From IMG/VR virus record IMGVR_UViG_3300038454_000106, positions 1 through 64,000 of that record: 64,000 nucleotides of DNA. The stretch is one strand, 5' to 3'. Positions 39,571 to 48,861 of this stretch are shown here, piece by piece. The notes under the pieces are model-generated. The model saw only the letters and a list, made by a program, of their open reading frames with translations, was not told where the DNA came from and did not search any database. The DNA comes from a virus. Position 1 is the first letter of the stretch; the number at the start of each line of letters is the position of its first letter. The translations under genes were made by a program, and so were the position numbers.

Positions 39571-40286
39571 GCGATCCTCTCATTGGAGATGGTCTCGCGC
39601 GGGATGATCACACCGGTATCCTCCTCCGAGTAGGCCTGGACGCTCACGTCCGCCAGGATGCGACGGCCCAGGGCCCGTCCGGTATTGAAGCCCGGGAAGT
39701 CCGGATAGTCGCGCTCGTAGATGTCGAGCACCTTGAGGAGAGACTTCACCACCCTCCAGCATCCTGGATCGGGGCGGCCATCGGTTACATCGAGCGGTAG
39801 GCTTTGATGGACGATACGGCCTTGCGCAGGCCCCTCTGAGAGCACCCTCCACGCGAAGGTCACAGTGTGGGAGTACCTCGGCGCCCAGACGTACCAGCAC
39901 CCGAGGAGGTAGGTCCCCTCAGGTACTGGCTCGTACAGGCTGGTCTTCCAGAACCTGTAGGTAGCGCCGCCACCGAACGTGGTGACCAGGTCATGCGAGG
40001 CCAACCAAGGCATCATCTTGCGAGCAACGTCTACGACTTCGCCGCTCACGTTGAGATGGTCGTCGAAACGCATGCAGGCAGCGGCCGCGACGTGGCTGCG
40101 CAGGAACCAAGAGGCGCCATGCGGTAGCATGTACGGCTTACGATCGCCACGTCGGTACCGCGTCAGAGCGTTGTTCGCTTCGTGTGCCTCCAGTTGCCAC
40201 ACGCTGATCGCGCCCGTCGGGAGCATTGCAACGGTTGCGTCAAAGCCTTCTGCGATGGGAATGTCTGCGGTGTCACTCATGCGCAA
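39567..40286 (-). CDS. Hypothetical protein
   Basis: 239 aa, aromatic-rich; GAGGAGG SD. Confidence 0.65.
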   Translation of the reverse strand: MRMSDTADIPIAEGFDATVAMLPTGAISVWQLEAHEANNALTRYRRGDRKPYMLPHGASWFLRSHVAAAACMRFDDHLNVSGEVVDVARKMMPWLASHDLVTTFGGGATYRFWKTSLYEPVPEGTYLLGCWYVWAPRYSHTVTFAWRVLSEGPAQGRIVHQSLPLDVTDGRPDPGCWRVVKSLLKVLDIYERDYPDFPGFNTGRALGRRILADVSVQAYSEEDTGVIIPRETISNERIA

Positions 40287-40337
40287 TCCTCCTCGTCGTC
40301 ATCCATCATTGTCGTCCTCCACCGTCACGATCAACAG

Positions 40338-40706
40338 CTAGTCACAGGTGGACTGGCAACTCACGGGGAATTCCTCCTCGTGGTCGTGAAAAATCGCGTC
40401 CACCCGCCAACATTTGAGTGCTTCCAGCGCAATGAGGCAATCGCTCGCGATCTCCTCGTTGAACGTATGCCCCGCCTCGCAGACGTTCGCCTCCGTCCAA
40501 CCGGAACAGCCAAGCTCCGCCGCGTACATCGCCGCGCAATCACCGGTCACGGTCTGCCCACACTGGCTAGCGTCCATGCACAACGTCGTGGTCAGTTCCT
40601 TGCAGAACTCTCGTGGCGACAAGGCCGACCCGGAGCCAGCACCGAGGCTCGAGTCCTCCCCGCAAGCGGTGGCGATGAGTAGCAGCACAATGATCGTGAT
40701 CCTCAC
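40338..40706 (-). CDS. Cys-rich lipoprotein
   Basis: VLLLIATAC lipobox-like; multiple Cys; AAGGAGG SD. Confidence 0.7.
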   Translation of the reverse strand: MRITIIVLLLIATACGEDSSLGAGSGSALSPREFCKELTTTLCMDASQCGQTVTGDCAAMYAAELGCSGWTEANVCEAGHTFNEEIASDCLIALEALKCWRVDAIFHDHEEEFPVSCQSTCD

Positions 40707-40761
40707 TGTCCCTCCTTCTTTGTCTTCGCGAACACGAAGCACACCGCCAGTTCCGTCCCCA

Positions 40762-41178
40762 TCACGCCTGCCCCTGCGCCTTCAGCTTTATCCACGGCTT
40801 GCCCGCCAGTTTCTCGGCGCACACCAAGTGGTCACCGCCGATCGGGATGTACTCGACTGGAATCATCAAGCGGTGGTCCTTGCCGTGCTCCTCACAGGCC
40901 TCGGCGAACTTCCCGCCGAAGAACGCTACCGCCGCGGCCTCGCTCGGCCCGAGGTACGGCGATACGAGCACGAGCAGCGTGGAGTCCCCCGAAGAAGTCA
41001 CGCCCGTGACTCGTAGCTCAAACGTCTCGCCCTTGCGTACCAACTCGGCGTAGATGGCCATCCCAGCAAACCCTGCATACCAGACCCCGACGATGTAGTC
41101 GGTGGGGTCGATGATCGTCACGGCGGGTGTCCACCTTCCCGCCAGCTTGTCGTTGTCGTCGGCCTCGTCTCGTTTCAT
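40762..41178 (-). CDS. Hypothetical protein
   Basis: 138 aa ORF. Confidence 0.6.
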   Translation of the reverse strand: MKRDEADDNDKLAGRWTPAVTIIDPTDYIVGVWYAGFAGMAIYAELVRKGETFELRVTGVTSSGDSTLLVLVSPYLGPSEAAAVAFFGGKFAEACEEHGKDHRLMIPVEYIPIGGDHLVCAEKLAGKPWIKLKAQGQA

Positions 41179-41230
41179 CTGGGAACCTTCTCACGCGGCT
41201 TGACGCCGAGCCAAGCGCCGCTTTCGCTCC

Positions 41231-43057
41231 TCACGCGGCCCGGGGCAGCGCCAAGACCACGATCCGATTCGAGTCCTTCCGCGCACTTCCGGTTGTCAAT
41301 TCGGAGTGCTTCAAGAACGAGTTCCGCCGCGAATTGACAATCGCCAAGGCCACGTCTGAGTCGCCCTCGATCCGGAAGATCCGCTTGCGCGGCGACTTCT
41401 TTGGCAGCAGCGTCCCCTTCGGGATCGTCACCGGCGCGAAGTAGAGACCCCCGGGGAAGAGGGCCTCGAAGGCCTGCCGCTTGAGCTTCCGGTCCGCGCT
41501 CTGGAGGTTGTCGCGCATCGCGACGAGGTAACTCCGGACGCCATGCTCGGCCTGCTCGATGGACGCCTCGCGCTCCTTGGGGGCCTTCCAGGCATCGGCC
41601 AGCTCGCGCTCAGCTTCCTTGAGCCGGCCACTCGTCTCCTTGTGCTTGGCGTAGAGCCCGCGCCGATCGTCGACCTGCTCCATGTCCTCCTCGATCCTAC
41701 GGAGGCGCTTCCGGAGCGTGCCGATCTCCTTCTGGAGGGCGTCGACGCTGAGGTTCGGCGAGCTGAGTCGGCGCTCCATCGCTGCGCGCACCAGCGCGAC
41801 GAGCTGCGCGATGCGCGGTTCGTCCAGCTCGGTCGCGATGCGGCTAGCGAGCGCCGCCTCGACCTCCTCCACCGGCTGGCGAAGGCTCATCGTACAGACC
41901 GCCTTGCCCTTGCTGGTGTGGGCCGCGCAGCCGTACGAGTAGACCTGCACCCGGCGCCCATTCGCCATCGTACGAGGCCAGCCACGCACGTTGATCGACC
42001 CACCGCACTCCGCGCAGCGCGCGAGAGATGAAAGCGCGTACTTCACAGCGGGCGATCGCTTGCAGTGCTTCGAGGCTAGGCTCCGCTTCGCACGTGCCTC
42101 CTGCACCGCGTGCCACAATTCGTCATCCACGATGCGGAGACTGGGCGCAAACTTCTCGAGCAGTGGCTCGGGACGCTGGAGACGCTGCTTCTTGCCTGTG
42201 CTCCGGTCCGTGTAGGTCACACCCCACACGACGAGGCCGCGATAGCGTGGGTTGGCCAGCATCTCGTCAACCGTCCTGGGCGACCACGTTCGACCCTTGC
42301 GCTCGGCCTTTCGGTCCGCGTACGGGGGCGGAACCTTGTCAGCGTTGAGGCGCGCGCAGATGAGCCGGGCGCCCATGCCGTCGAGGTTCCAGCGATAGAT
42401 CTGGCGCACGACCTGGGCCTCAACCTCATGCACGATGGCAATCGGCTCGCCGTCCATCTCGACGTTGCGATAGCCGTAGCAACCGCCATTGATTGGCCGT
42501 TCTACCTTGAGCCTGCCGCTCGCGATGTCCTCGGCGAACGTGTAGAGCTTCTGCCGTGTGTTCTCGATGATCTTCTTGTGCTCTGCCTCTGCGCCGAACG
42601 CCTCGACGGCGTTGATGACCCAGTCGGTCGGGTTATCCGCGCGAGTCTCCTTGCGCGTCTGGTAGTAGAAGAGACGGGCCTGCTTGCGCTGGCAGATCTC
42701 ACGGATGAACAATAGCGAGTCAACGATCGTGCGCCCGAGACGTGCGGCATCACGCGCGATCACGATGGAGCCTGGACGGAGCCGCTGCATCATCTCGCCC
42801 AGCGCCGTGCGCGCGTCCCAGTCATCACCGGACACGCCGTTGTCGGCGAAGACCTCGATCGCGAGGCCGGGGAACAGCTCAGCCGCGAACCGGCGCCCAT
42901 TTCGTTCCTGGATCTCGATGGTGTCGTCGTCGGCTTTGCTGAGACGGAGCAGGAGACAGACCGTCGGCAGTGACGGCACCGGTTGCAATGCATGGGCTCT
43001 CTTCACGACACAGACTCCTCGTCGTAGCAGCCGCAGGAGATGATCTGGCCGCGGCAT
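41231..43057 (-). CDS. Large serine recombinase (resolvase, recombinase, Zn-ribbon and coiled-coil domains); true start probably near 43006
   Basis: LRLS catalytic Ser, DNGVSG, ARLGR, CYGY, LANPRYRG, IVDDELW..VQ, CAECG...C...C. Confidence 0.9.
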   Translation of the reverse strand: MPRPDHLLRLLRRGVCVVKRAHALQPVPSLPTVCLLLRLSKADDDTIEIQERNGRRFAAELFPGLAIEVFADNGVSGDDWDARTALGEMMQRLRPGSIVIARDAARLGRTIVDSLLFIREICQRKQARLFYYQTRKETRADNPTDWVINAVEAFGAEAEHKKIIENTRQKLYTFAEDIASGRLKVERPINGGCYGYRNVEMDGEPIAIVHEVEAQVVRQIYRWNLDGMGARLICARLNADKVPPPYADRKAERKGRTWSPRTVDEMLANPRYRGLVVWGVTYTDRSTGKKQRLQRPEPLLEKFAPSLRIVDDELWHAVQEARAKRSLASKHCKRSPAVKYALSSLARCAECGGSINVRGWPRTMANGRRVQVYSYGCAAHTSKGKAVCTMSLRQPVEEVEAALASRIATELDEPRIAQLVALVRAAMERRLSSPNLSVDALQKEIGTLRKRLRRIEEDMEQVDDRRGLYAKHKETSGRLKEAERELADAWKAPKEREASIEQAEHGVRSYLVAMRDNLQSADRKLKRQAFEALFPGGLYFAPVTIPKGTLLPKKSPRKRIFRIEGDSDVALAIVNSRRNSFLKHSELTTGSARKDSNRIVVLALPRAA

Positions 43058-43242
43058 CGGGGGCAGCGCTCCATGTCACAACCGGGATGATGGAACCCGC
43101 CGGGCGGCGCACTACAGTCATGACAGTGGCCATCACCAGTGTACGGAATCGGCGTGTCACCGCACTTGGCGAGATCCGGTGCGTTGCCCGGACATGACAC
43201 CTTCAGGAGCATCTCTTGGTTGCAGAAAGCGCAGGTGGCCAT
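43003..43242 (-). CDS. Small Cys/His-rich Zn-binding protein
   Basis: CHDC...HHPGCDMERCPRC.GQIISCGC. Confidence 0.75.
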   Translation of the reverse strand: MATCAFCNQEMLLKVSCPGNAPDLAKCGDTPIPYTGDGHCHDCSAPPGGFHHPGCDMERCPRCRGQIISCGCYDEESVS

Positions 43243-43336
43243 CAGGTCACCGGCTCCTTGAGCAGCGCATCCGCGATGATCTCGGCGAGGGCCGCCGGAA
43301 CGGGTTGCAGGATGCGGGCGGTAGCGTTGTGAATTC

Positions 43337-43777
43337 TCACGGGGGCTCCTTGAGCAGGTGGTCGGCGATCATCTCGGCGAGCACGACGAGGAACGGTTGC
43401 CAGTCCTCGGCGTAGCGAAGGGTTCCAACCTCGGCGAGTAGTGGTGGGCCATCGTCCGAGGTCGAGGTCTTGGCCTTGGCCGCACGCACCCGCCGTGTGG
43501 ACCGAGCGCTGCGAGCCGCACGGAGCTTGCGGCGAGCGCCCTCCATCACGGCGGCCAGGCGCTCGCGCACCAGCATGTTGAGGCGAGCGTTCGCCTCGTG
43601 TGCCGCGCGCCAAAGTCGCCGGATCGTCGTGTCGGCATCGCCACGCACCTCGGCCTCGACGGCCCTGGCTTCCGCGGTGGCGACCTCGTGCCACTCCGGT
43701 GCGTCGATCGCGGCCTGATCTTCTGTGGTCCAATCGTCAAGCGGGATGATGTCGTCGTTCTTAGGGGTCATGATCAT
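43337..43777 (-). CDS. Hypothetical protein
   Basis: Ends LAEMIADHLLKEPP; followed by a 32-aa mini-ORF (43242-43340) with a similar tail. Confidence 0.55.
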   Translation of the reverse strand: MIMTPKNDDIIPLDDWTTEDQAAIDAPEWHEVATAEARAVEAEVRGDADTTIRRLWRAAHEANARLNMLVRERLAAVMEGARRKLRAARSARSTRRVRAAKAKTSTSDDGPPLLAEVGTLRYAEDWQPFLVVLAEMIADHLLKEPP

Positions 43778-43813
43778 TCTCGGTCCGCGAGGGAAGCTTG
43801 AGTAGACCGTCCT

Positions 43814-44233
43814 TCATGACGACGGATCTTCGACGGGCGTGCCAAACATTTGCAGAAGACCCAGGAATCTAGCGAGCACGCGCGCCATGCGACGCAGTTC
43901 ACCCGCGTCCGCGTGTGCCGTGTACCACTCCACGAGCCACTCGTGTCCACCCCTGGCACTCCGTTCCGTCTTGTACGCCACGATCGGCTCCCAAACAGTC
44001 TGTTCCCAATCGTGCTTGTCCAGGACCTCGATCGCCGTATCGAACAAGATCGGCTCCCGTCGGAAGTTCTCGCCGTACCAGAGCGTGCGGATTCGCAGGC
44101 CATGCACGGTGTCGTCACCGATGGTGCGATACGCCCGGTCATTGCGTAGGCGATCCCACTCAAGGGCGTCGATTGGTTTGCCGTCGCGGTCGAGATACCA
44201 GGGCAGCTCATCCTTGTTCGTTCGCTCGGTCAT
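43814..44233 (-). CDS. Conserved phage hypothetical protein (paralog of 35139-35420)
   Basis: YLDRDGKPI...W...Y..IG...TLWYG...LFDT...Y.TE..A..GH. Confidence 0.7.
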   Translation of the reverse strand: MTERTNKDELPWYLDRDGKPIDALEWDRLRNDRAYRTIGDDTVHGLRIRTLWYGENFRREPILFDTAIEVLDKHDWEQTVWEPIVAYKTERSARGGHEWLVEWYTAHADAGELRRMARVLARFLGLLQMFGTPVEDPSS

Positions 44234-44505
44234 CGTGGGCTTCCTTTCTTGGGAACCAGCAAGATCGTCAGCTCGCAGTCGAGCGCATCGGCGAGTCTTG
44301 CCAGCGTACTGACCGACAGGTTCGCGTCGGCTCCAAGGATCTGAGACACACGGCCCGCGGTCACCCCGAGTCGCTTGGCCAGCTCGCGTTGCGTGATGCC
44401 GCGGCTCTCCAACGCGTCGGCCAGCACCAGCGCGACCGCTGCGAGCGCGCGCTCCTTGACGAACGTCCGGTGCTCCTTGGGGCTACGCTTCCGCGTTGTC
44501 GGCAT
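44230..44505 (-). CDS. XRE-family HTH regulator
   Basis: GITQRELAKRLGVTAGRVSQIL...NLSVSTLARLADAL. Confidence 0.9.
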   Translation of the reverse strand: MPTTRKRSPKEHRTFVKERALAAVALVLADALESRGITQRELAKRLGVTAGRVSQILGADANLSVSTLARLADALDCELTILLVPKKGSPR

Positions 44506-44512
44506 GGAGCCG

Positions 44513-44545
44513 AAGTTAACACTTGCATAAACCTAAAGCAAGTGT
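44513..44545 (-). promoter_or_regulatory. Sigma70-like promoter of the XRE gene overlapped by a palindromic operator
   Basis: Minus strand TTGCTT-N17-TAACTT-N7-ATG; inverted repeat ACACTTGC (44519-26) / GCAAGTGT (44538-45). Confidence 0.65.
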
Positions 44546-44717
44546 CGCTCCTCGACGGTGAGGGTGCGGCCCGTGGCCTGAGCTGCGTACACGCGCCCGG
44601 TCTCGGTCCGCTTGATGGTGTCGACGTAGACCTCGACGGCATGCATGCCGCAGCTCTCGTCCCAGCCGTGCTCACCCTTCACGCGGCCACAGGCCATGCA
44701 GACGACGGCGACGTTCC

Positions 44718-44909
44718 TCACTGGAGCACCACCTCGTGCCACTCCAGCTCGAGATGAACGGCCGCCAGGATCGACGCCTCGATCTTGGCGGCGAGCAGGC
44801 ACCGGTCGTCGGCCGTCATGCGGACCCGCGTGGCCATGACGTCGGCGATCCGATCACCCTCCTGGGCAGCTAGCTCGCGGACCTGTGTGGATAGCTCGAT
44901 GGTGTCCAT
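44718..44909 (-). CDS. Small hypothetical protein
   Basis: 63 aa helical ORF. Confidence 0.45.
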   Translation of the reverse strand: MDTIELSTQVRELAAQEGDRIADVMATRVRMTADDRCLLAAKIEASILAAVHLELEWHEVVLQ

Positions 44910-45049
44910 CGCTATCGACTAGCGGCCCGCGACGTCATGCGGCGCCCCCAACAGGGGAGGCGTGAGATCCGACGACGAGAGGACCACTCCCGCCGTCGGG
45001 AGCCTGTAGACGGGACTCCACGACCTGGATTCAGGAGGAGGGACCCGTC

Positions 45050-45958
45050 ATGGCCGGCAACGGCAAGCACAAGCAGCCCGTGGACGCGCCGAGGACCAAC
45101 GTCTTTTGGTGCGACCCGCACCAACTCGTGATCGTCGGGCTCGACACCAGCGATACGGAGGAGCATCCACTCTGGGACGCACGTGGGTTCCAGGAGCTGG
45201 AGGAGTCCTTCGTCGTGAACATCCTCCGCAACGGCGTAGTCTCGACGATCACAGCCCGTTCCGTCGACGGGCAGCTCCAGGTCGTCGAGGGCCGTCGTCG
45301 CGTGCTGCATGCCCGCGAGGCACTGCGCCGGCAGATCGCCGATGGCATCCCCGAGGCCGAGCTACTCCGGATCCCAGTACGGACGATCCGGGGAGACGAT
45401 GCTCACCTCCTTGCGATGAGCCGAGTCGCCAACTCGTTTCGGCGCGAGGAGACGATCCTCGAGAAAGGCTTCCATGCTCAGCGGCTCCTCGCCATGGGCA
45501 GGTCAGAGGCCGACGTGGCGATCACCTACGGCGTGGATGAGACGACCGTCAAGGCGTGGCTGTCCCTGTTGGAGTCCGACACGAACCTCCGCAAGGCGAT
45601 CATCGAGGGCAAGGTGTCGCCGTCCGCGGCCTACCGGTTGGCCCGCCTTCCGCATCCGGACCAGCGCAAGGCACTCGAGGAGCTACTGGCCAGCGGCCAC
45701 GCTTCGATCCGCGAGGCGCGCCGGGTCACCGCCAAGCGCCGTGGTCACGGCGATACCGTGGGCGCACGGCGCCGGACGCTGCGAGACATGCGCGATCTCC
45801 TGCGCACGGACAAGGAGCCAGACGACTTCCAGCGCGGTGTCGTCGCGGCCCTGGATCTTGTCCTCGGCGCAGAGAGCGAGGGTCTCGATACCCGGATCCG
45901 ACGATGGACGATCGAGGCCGCCGCTCACCGCAAGCAACTGAAGGACAAGCCATCGTGA
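45050..45958 (+). CDS. ParB-like protein (ParB N-domain plus HTH)
   Basis: ILRNGV...VVEGRRRV..A; AN..R; HTH DVAITYGVDETTVKAWL; AGGAGG SD. Confidence 0.85.
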   Translation: MAGNGKHKQPVDAPRTNVFWCDPHQLVIVGLDTSDTEEHPLWDARGFQELEESFVVNILRNGVVSTITARSVDGQLQVVEGRRRVLHAREALRRQIADGIPEAELLRIPVRTIRGDDAHLLAMSRVANSFRREETILEKGFHAQRLLAMGRSEADVAITYGVDETTVKAWLSLLESDTNLRKAIIEGKVSPSAAYRLARLPHPDQRKALEELLASGHASIREARRVTAKRRGHGDTVGARRRTLRDMRDLLRTDKEPDDFQRGVVAALDLVLGAESEGLDTRIRRWTIEAAAHRKQLKDKPS

Positions 45959-46818
45959 AAGTGCCGTTTGACAAGTTTGCGAGCCTCGCCAGCAATGAAC
46001 TCCTGGTGCAGCGCTGGTTCTCACTGTTTGGCTCGCCGCAACTCATCGAGCTGAGCGACGCCGTGCTGGACTGCCAAGACCAGCTCAGGATGGCTCACGT
46101 CGAGTTGACGACCGCGCTCAAGACCTTGCTGGTCGACGTCGTCCAGATCGCGACGAACACCGTCCCTGACTTCATGGACAAGACCTCACTCGACGTGATC
46201 GTGGAGGTGATGTTTACGATGCTCGTCGCCGAGCGTCGGCACCAGCGCGAGCAGCAGCGCGCGGCGCGCAGCTTCAAGCTGATCGTCGAGCCACTCGACG
46301 GCGGAGATCTCGATCCGGAGCACCTCCAGGCCGTGGCCGATGCCACTGCCGACGGCAGGCCTACTGGGGATGCTTGGCGGGCGCTCGCGGACAGGCTTGC
46401 CGCCTGCAAGCGCCCTGCGCGAGCCTGGACACCTGAGCACGAGATCCATGTCGATCTCGACGAGGACGAGGACGAGGACGAGAACGAGGACGGAATCCAG
46501 GACAAGACCACGCCTGTGCTCATGCCCGCTCCGGAAGCTCGCATAGCCCATCCACTGGAGATCGTATCGGCCACGTTGGCATGGTCACTGGGCTGCGACC
46601 AGTGTGTGCGCCTTGGACTCACCCAAGACGAGGAGGGCCATCCGTGCCAGCTCTATTTCTGTGCCTGTGCCAACAACGGGACGATCCTCGTCCAGGGCGC
46701 GATGGGCGTCCGTGCGGTACCCTGCGACGTCGTGCGGCAGGCCCCTGCCACGAGTCTAGCTCCTCAGGTCGAGGGGCTCCGGCGTGCCATCGCGGCAAGG
46801 CTTCTTGAGGAGCCATGA
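45955..46818 (+). CDS. Hypothetical protein
   Basis: GTGA-coupled to ParB; acidic tract and Cys cluster. Confidence 0.6.
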   Translation: MKVPFDKFASLASNELLVQRWFSLFGSPQLIELSDAVLDCQDQLRMAHVELTTALKTLLVDVVQIATNTVPDFMDKTSLDVIVEVMFTMLVAERRHQREQQRAARSFKLIVEPLDGGDLDPEHLQAVADATADGRPTGDAWRALADRLAACKRPARAWTPEHEIHVDLDEDEDEDENEDGIQDKTTPVLMPAPEARIAHPLEIVSATLAWSLGCDQCVRLGLTQDEEGHPCQLYFCACANNGTILVQGAMGVRAVPCDVVRQAPATSLAPQVEGLRRAIAARLLEEP

Positions 46819-47759
46819 AGCCACGTATGCCCGTCGAGGAGGTCCGTGCCGAGTTGATGCGCGTCATCGACCTCAACCCCAAGGCTGGCACGAAGACACG
46901 GGCCAAGCAGCGGTCCGCCGTCGATCGCTGGCTCGCGTACTCACAGGGCGATTGGTCCCCGATGACCGCGCAGGCCTTCTACAACTCCCTCCTCGCCGAG
47001 GGGAGGCTCAAGCCGCAGTCGGCGAACAACATCGTGATCAACCTGCGCTCGGTCACGAACCAGTGGGCGGCCTACCTGCAGGAGCCCAAGCTCGCCATCT
47101 TCGAAGCTGTCCAGACCAAGGACAATGAACAGCCGCTGCAGGCGATGGTGCTCGACGAGAAGCAGGCCGAGCACCTGGTGCGCCAGCGTCTTTTTGAGAC
47201 ACCCCTCGGATTGCGCGACTTCGCGATCATCATCCTGGGGCTGCAGACCGGCATGCGCCGCATGTCGTTTGCGGGGGCCACCCTCGAGAACACGTCGCTC
47301 GCCAACCGAATGATGCGCGTGCCTGTGAAGGGCGGTCGCAAATTTGACGTGCCCTTGTCGAACGCTGCCGCGCAGGCGCTCGAGCCGTGGATGGCGTGGC
47401 TCGCGGGCCATGGCATCAAGCGTGGTCCGCTCCTGTGGTCGTTCCATCCAGCGCGGATCGAGCCCAGAGAGCCTCTACGCGGCCCGCTCACGGAGCGTGG
47501 CTTCGATGAGGTCGTCGGCTACCTGCGACGAGACGCGGGCATTCAGGGGCTCACGCCTCACTCGTTCCGGCATACCTTCGTCACCTGGTGCCGGTTCAGG
47601 GACGTTCCTGCATTCATGATCGCCGCGGTGACCGGCCACGTGCTCGAGAAGTCAGTCGGTGGCGAGGGTGGCATGATCGGCGACGTCTACACCCGGCGCG
47701 AGATCGCTGGTGCGGAAGCCGCGGAGCGCATCGCGCAGCCATGGATGTTCAAGCGCTAG
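46815..47759 (+). CDS. Tyrosine recombinase/integrase
   Basis: RDFAI...TGMR, VKGG, TPHSFRH, TGH, VY: full R-K-H-R-H-Y set. Confidence 0.9.
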   Translation: MKPRMPVEEVRAELMRVIDLNPKAGTKTRAKQRSAVDRWLAYSQGDWSPMTAQAFYNSLLAEGRLKPQSANNIVINLRSVTNQWAAYLQEPKLAIFEAVQTKDNEQPLQAMVLDEKQAEHLVRQRLFETPLGLRDFAIIILGLQTGMRRMSFAGATLENTSLANRMMRVPVKGGRKFDVPLSNAAAQALEPWMAWLAGHGIKRGPLLWSFHPARIEPREPLRGPLTERGFDEVVGYLRRDAGIQGLTPHSFRHTFVTWCRFRDVPAFMIAAVTGHVLEKSVGGEGGMIGDVYTRREIAGAEAAERIAQPWMFKR

Positions 47760-48399
47760 CCGAGCCCGAGCCCACACCAAGCGCCACTTGGACCATGGCC
47801 ACCAGTCGCTGGATCGCGATGCCATCTTCCTTGAGCTGCTTGTTGAGATCCTCCTCCTCCTCGATGTCGCTGTATCCAGTCCCGATCCGCGCTCCGAGCT
47901 TCGCTACCTCTTGGAGGCAGATGTCCGCGACGCTGTGCATCGGGTTCCCACTGGACGTCGGTACCAAGGCCGTGAACGCAGCGGCCTGCTCCGGCGTGAT
48001 CATGTTGGCACTCATGGTAGCAACCCTCGAGAGCTTCGCGAGCCCTGGCAGCGCATAGCGCTTCAAGGCTCCATTCTGCGGCTTGCTCTTCGGCTTGCTC
48101 TTCGGCTTGCTCGTCGGCTTGCTCGGCTTGCTCTTCATGTCTGGCGTGCCGTAGTTCTCGAGCCAGGCATGCAAGAGGCTGCCCGTGATGTCGATCTGCT
48201 TCGCCATGGCGTGTTTGCTAAGGCCTGAGATCGCCATGAACTCGATGACGTGACGCTTGAAATCCTCATTCCAGGTACGATAGGAGCCCTCTCCACCTTT
48301 CCGAGGCATGATGGCGGCTTGCTCGCGCAGTACTGCAAGCAAGTGCTTGTGTTCGGAGGACAGCTCCTCCACAGTCTTCGTATTCGTATTCGGCTCCAT
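47749..48399 (-). CDS. HTH protein (HTH_Tnp_1-like) with SKP repeats
   Basis: RTWNEDFKRHVI...AMAKQIDITGSLLHAW. Confidence 0.65.
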   Translation of the reverse strand: MEPNTNTKTVEELSSEHKHLLAVLREQAAIMPRKGGEGSYRTWNEDFKRHVIEFMAISGLSKHAMAKQIDITGSLLHAWLENYGTPDMKSKPSKPTSKPKSKPKSKPQNGALKRYALPGLAKLSRVATMSANMITPEQAAAFTALVPTSSGNPMHSVADICLQEVAKLGARIGTGYSDIEEEEDLNKQLKEDGIAIQRLVAMVQVALGVGSGSASA

Positions 48400-48430
48400 G
48401 ATTCTTTCCTTTCCCTCTTTTTTTCAACGT

Positions 48431-48847
48431 TCAATCCAAGTTGGACAAGCGTTCGAACAGCACTCGCGCATCGAGAAACATTTTCAGATGCTCATCGAGC
48501 CACTGATCTGCGTGCTCGTTGAACAAGGGATCAATGGCTCTGACTTTCTGCTTGAGTGCGTCGACGTTGCCATTCACCTGCACGTAGACTAGCTCCTGCG
48601 TGCGTCGACCCTTCTGCCCCTCGAGTCCCACCGTGAGCTGATACATGTAGTTGTCGCAGCGGAAGAAAAACTCGGTCTCGGTCTCGCTGGGAGCTTGTCG
48701 CTTCCGCTTGGGCGACGCACGCTCCTTGAACAGCATGAACTTTGATTGGGCGTCAATGTCCCGCCCGAGGATACCAAGGCACGCCGTCTGATCCGCAAAG
48801 CCAACGAACCAGAAGCCATGTATCACAACAATCGATGGCAGGCGCAC
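48431..48847 (-). CDS. Hypothetical protein
   Basis: ORF with lower GC than neighbours; start uncertain. Confidence 0.45.
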   Translation of the reverse strand: MRLPSIVVIHGFWFVGFADQTACLGILGRDIDAQSKFMLFKERASPKRKRQAPSETETEFFFRCDNYMYQLTVGLEGQKGRRTQELVYVQVNGNVDALKQKVRAIDPLFNEHADQWLDEHLKMFLDARVLFERLSNLD

Positions 48848-48861
48848 GGAAGTTCCTTGTG

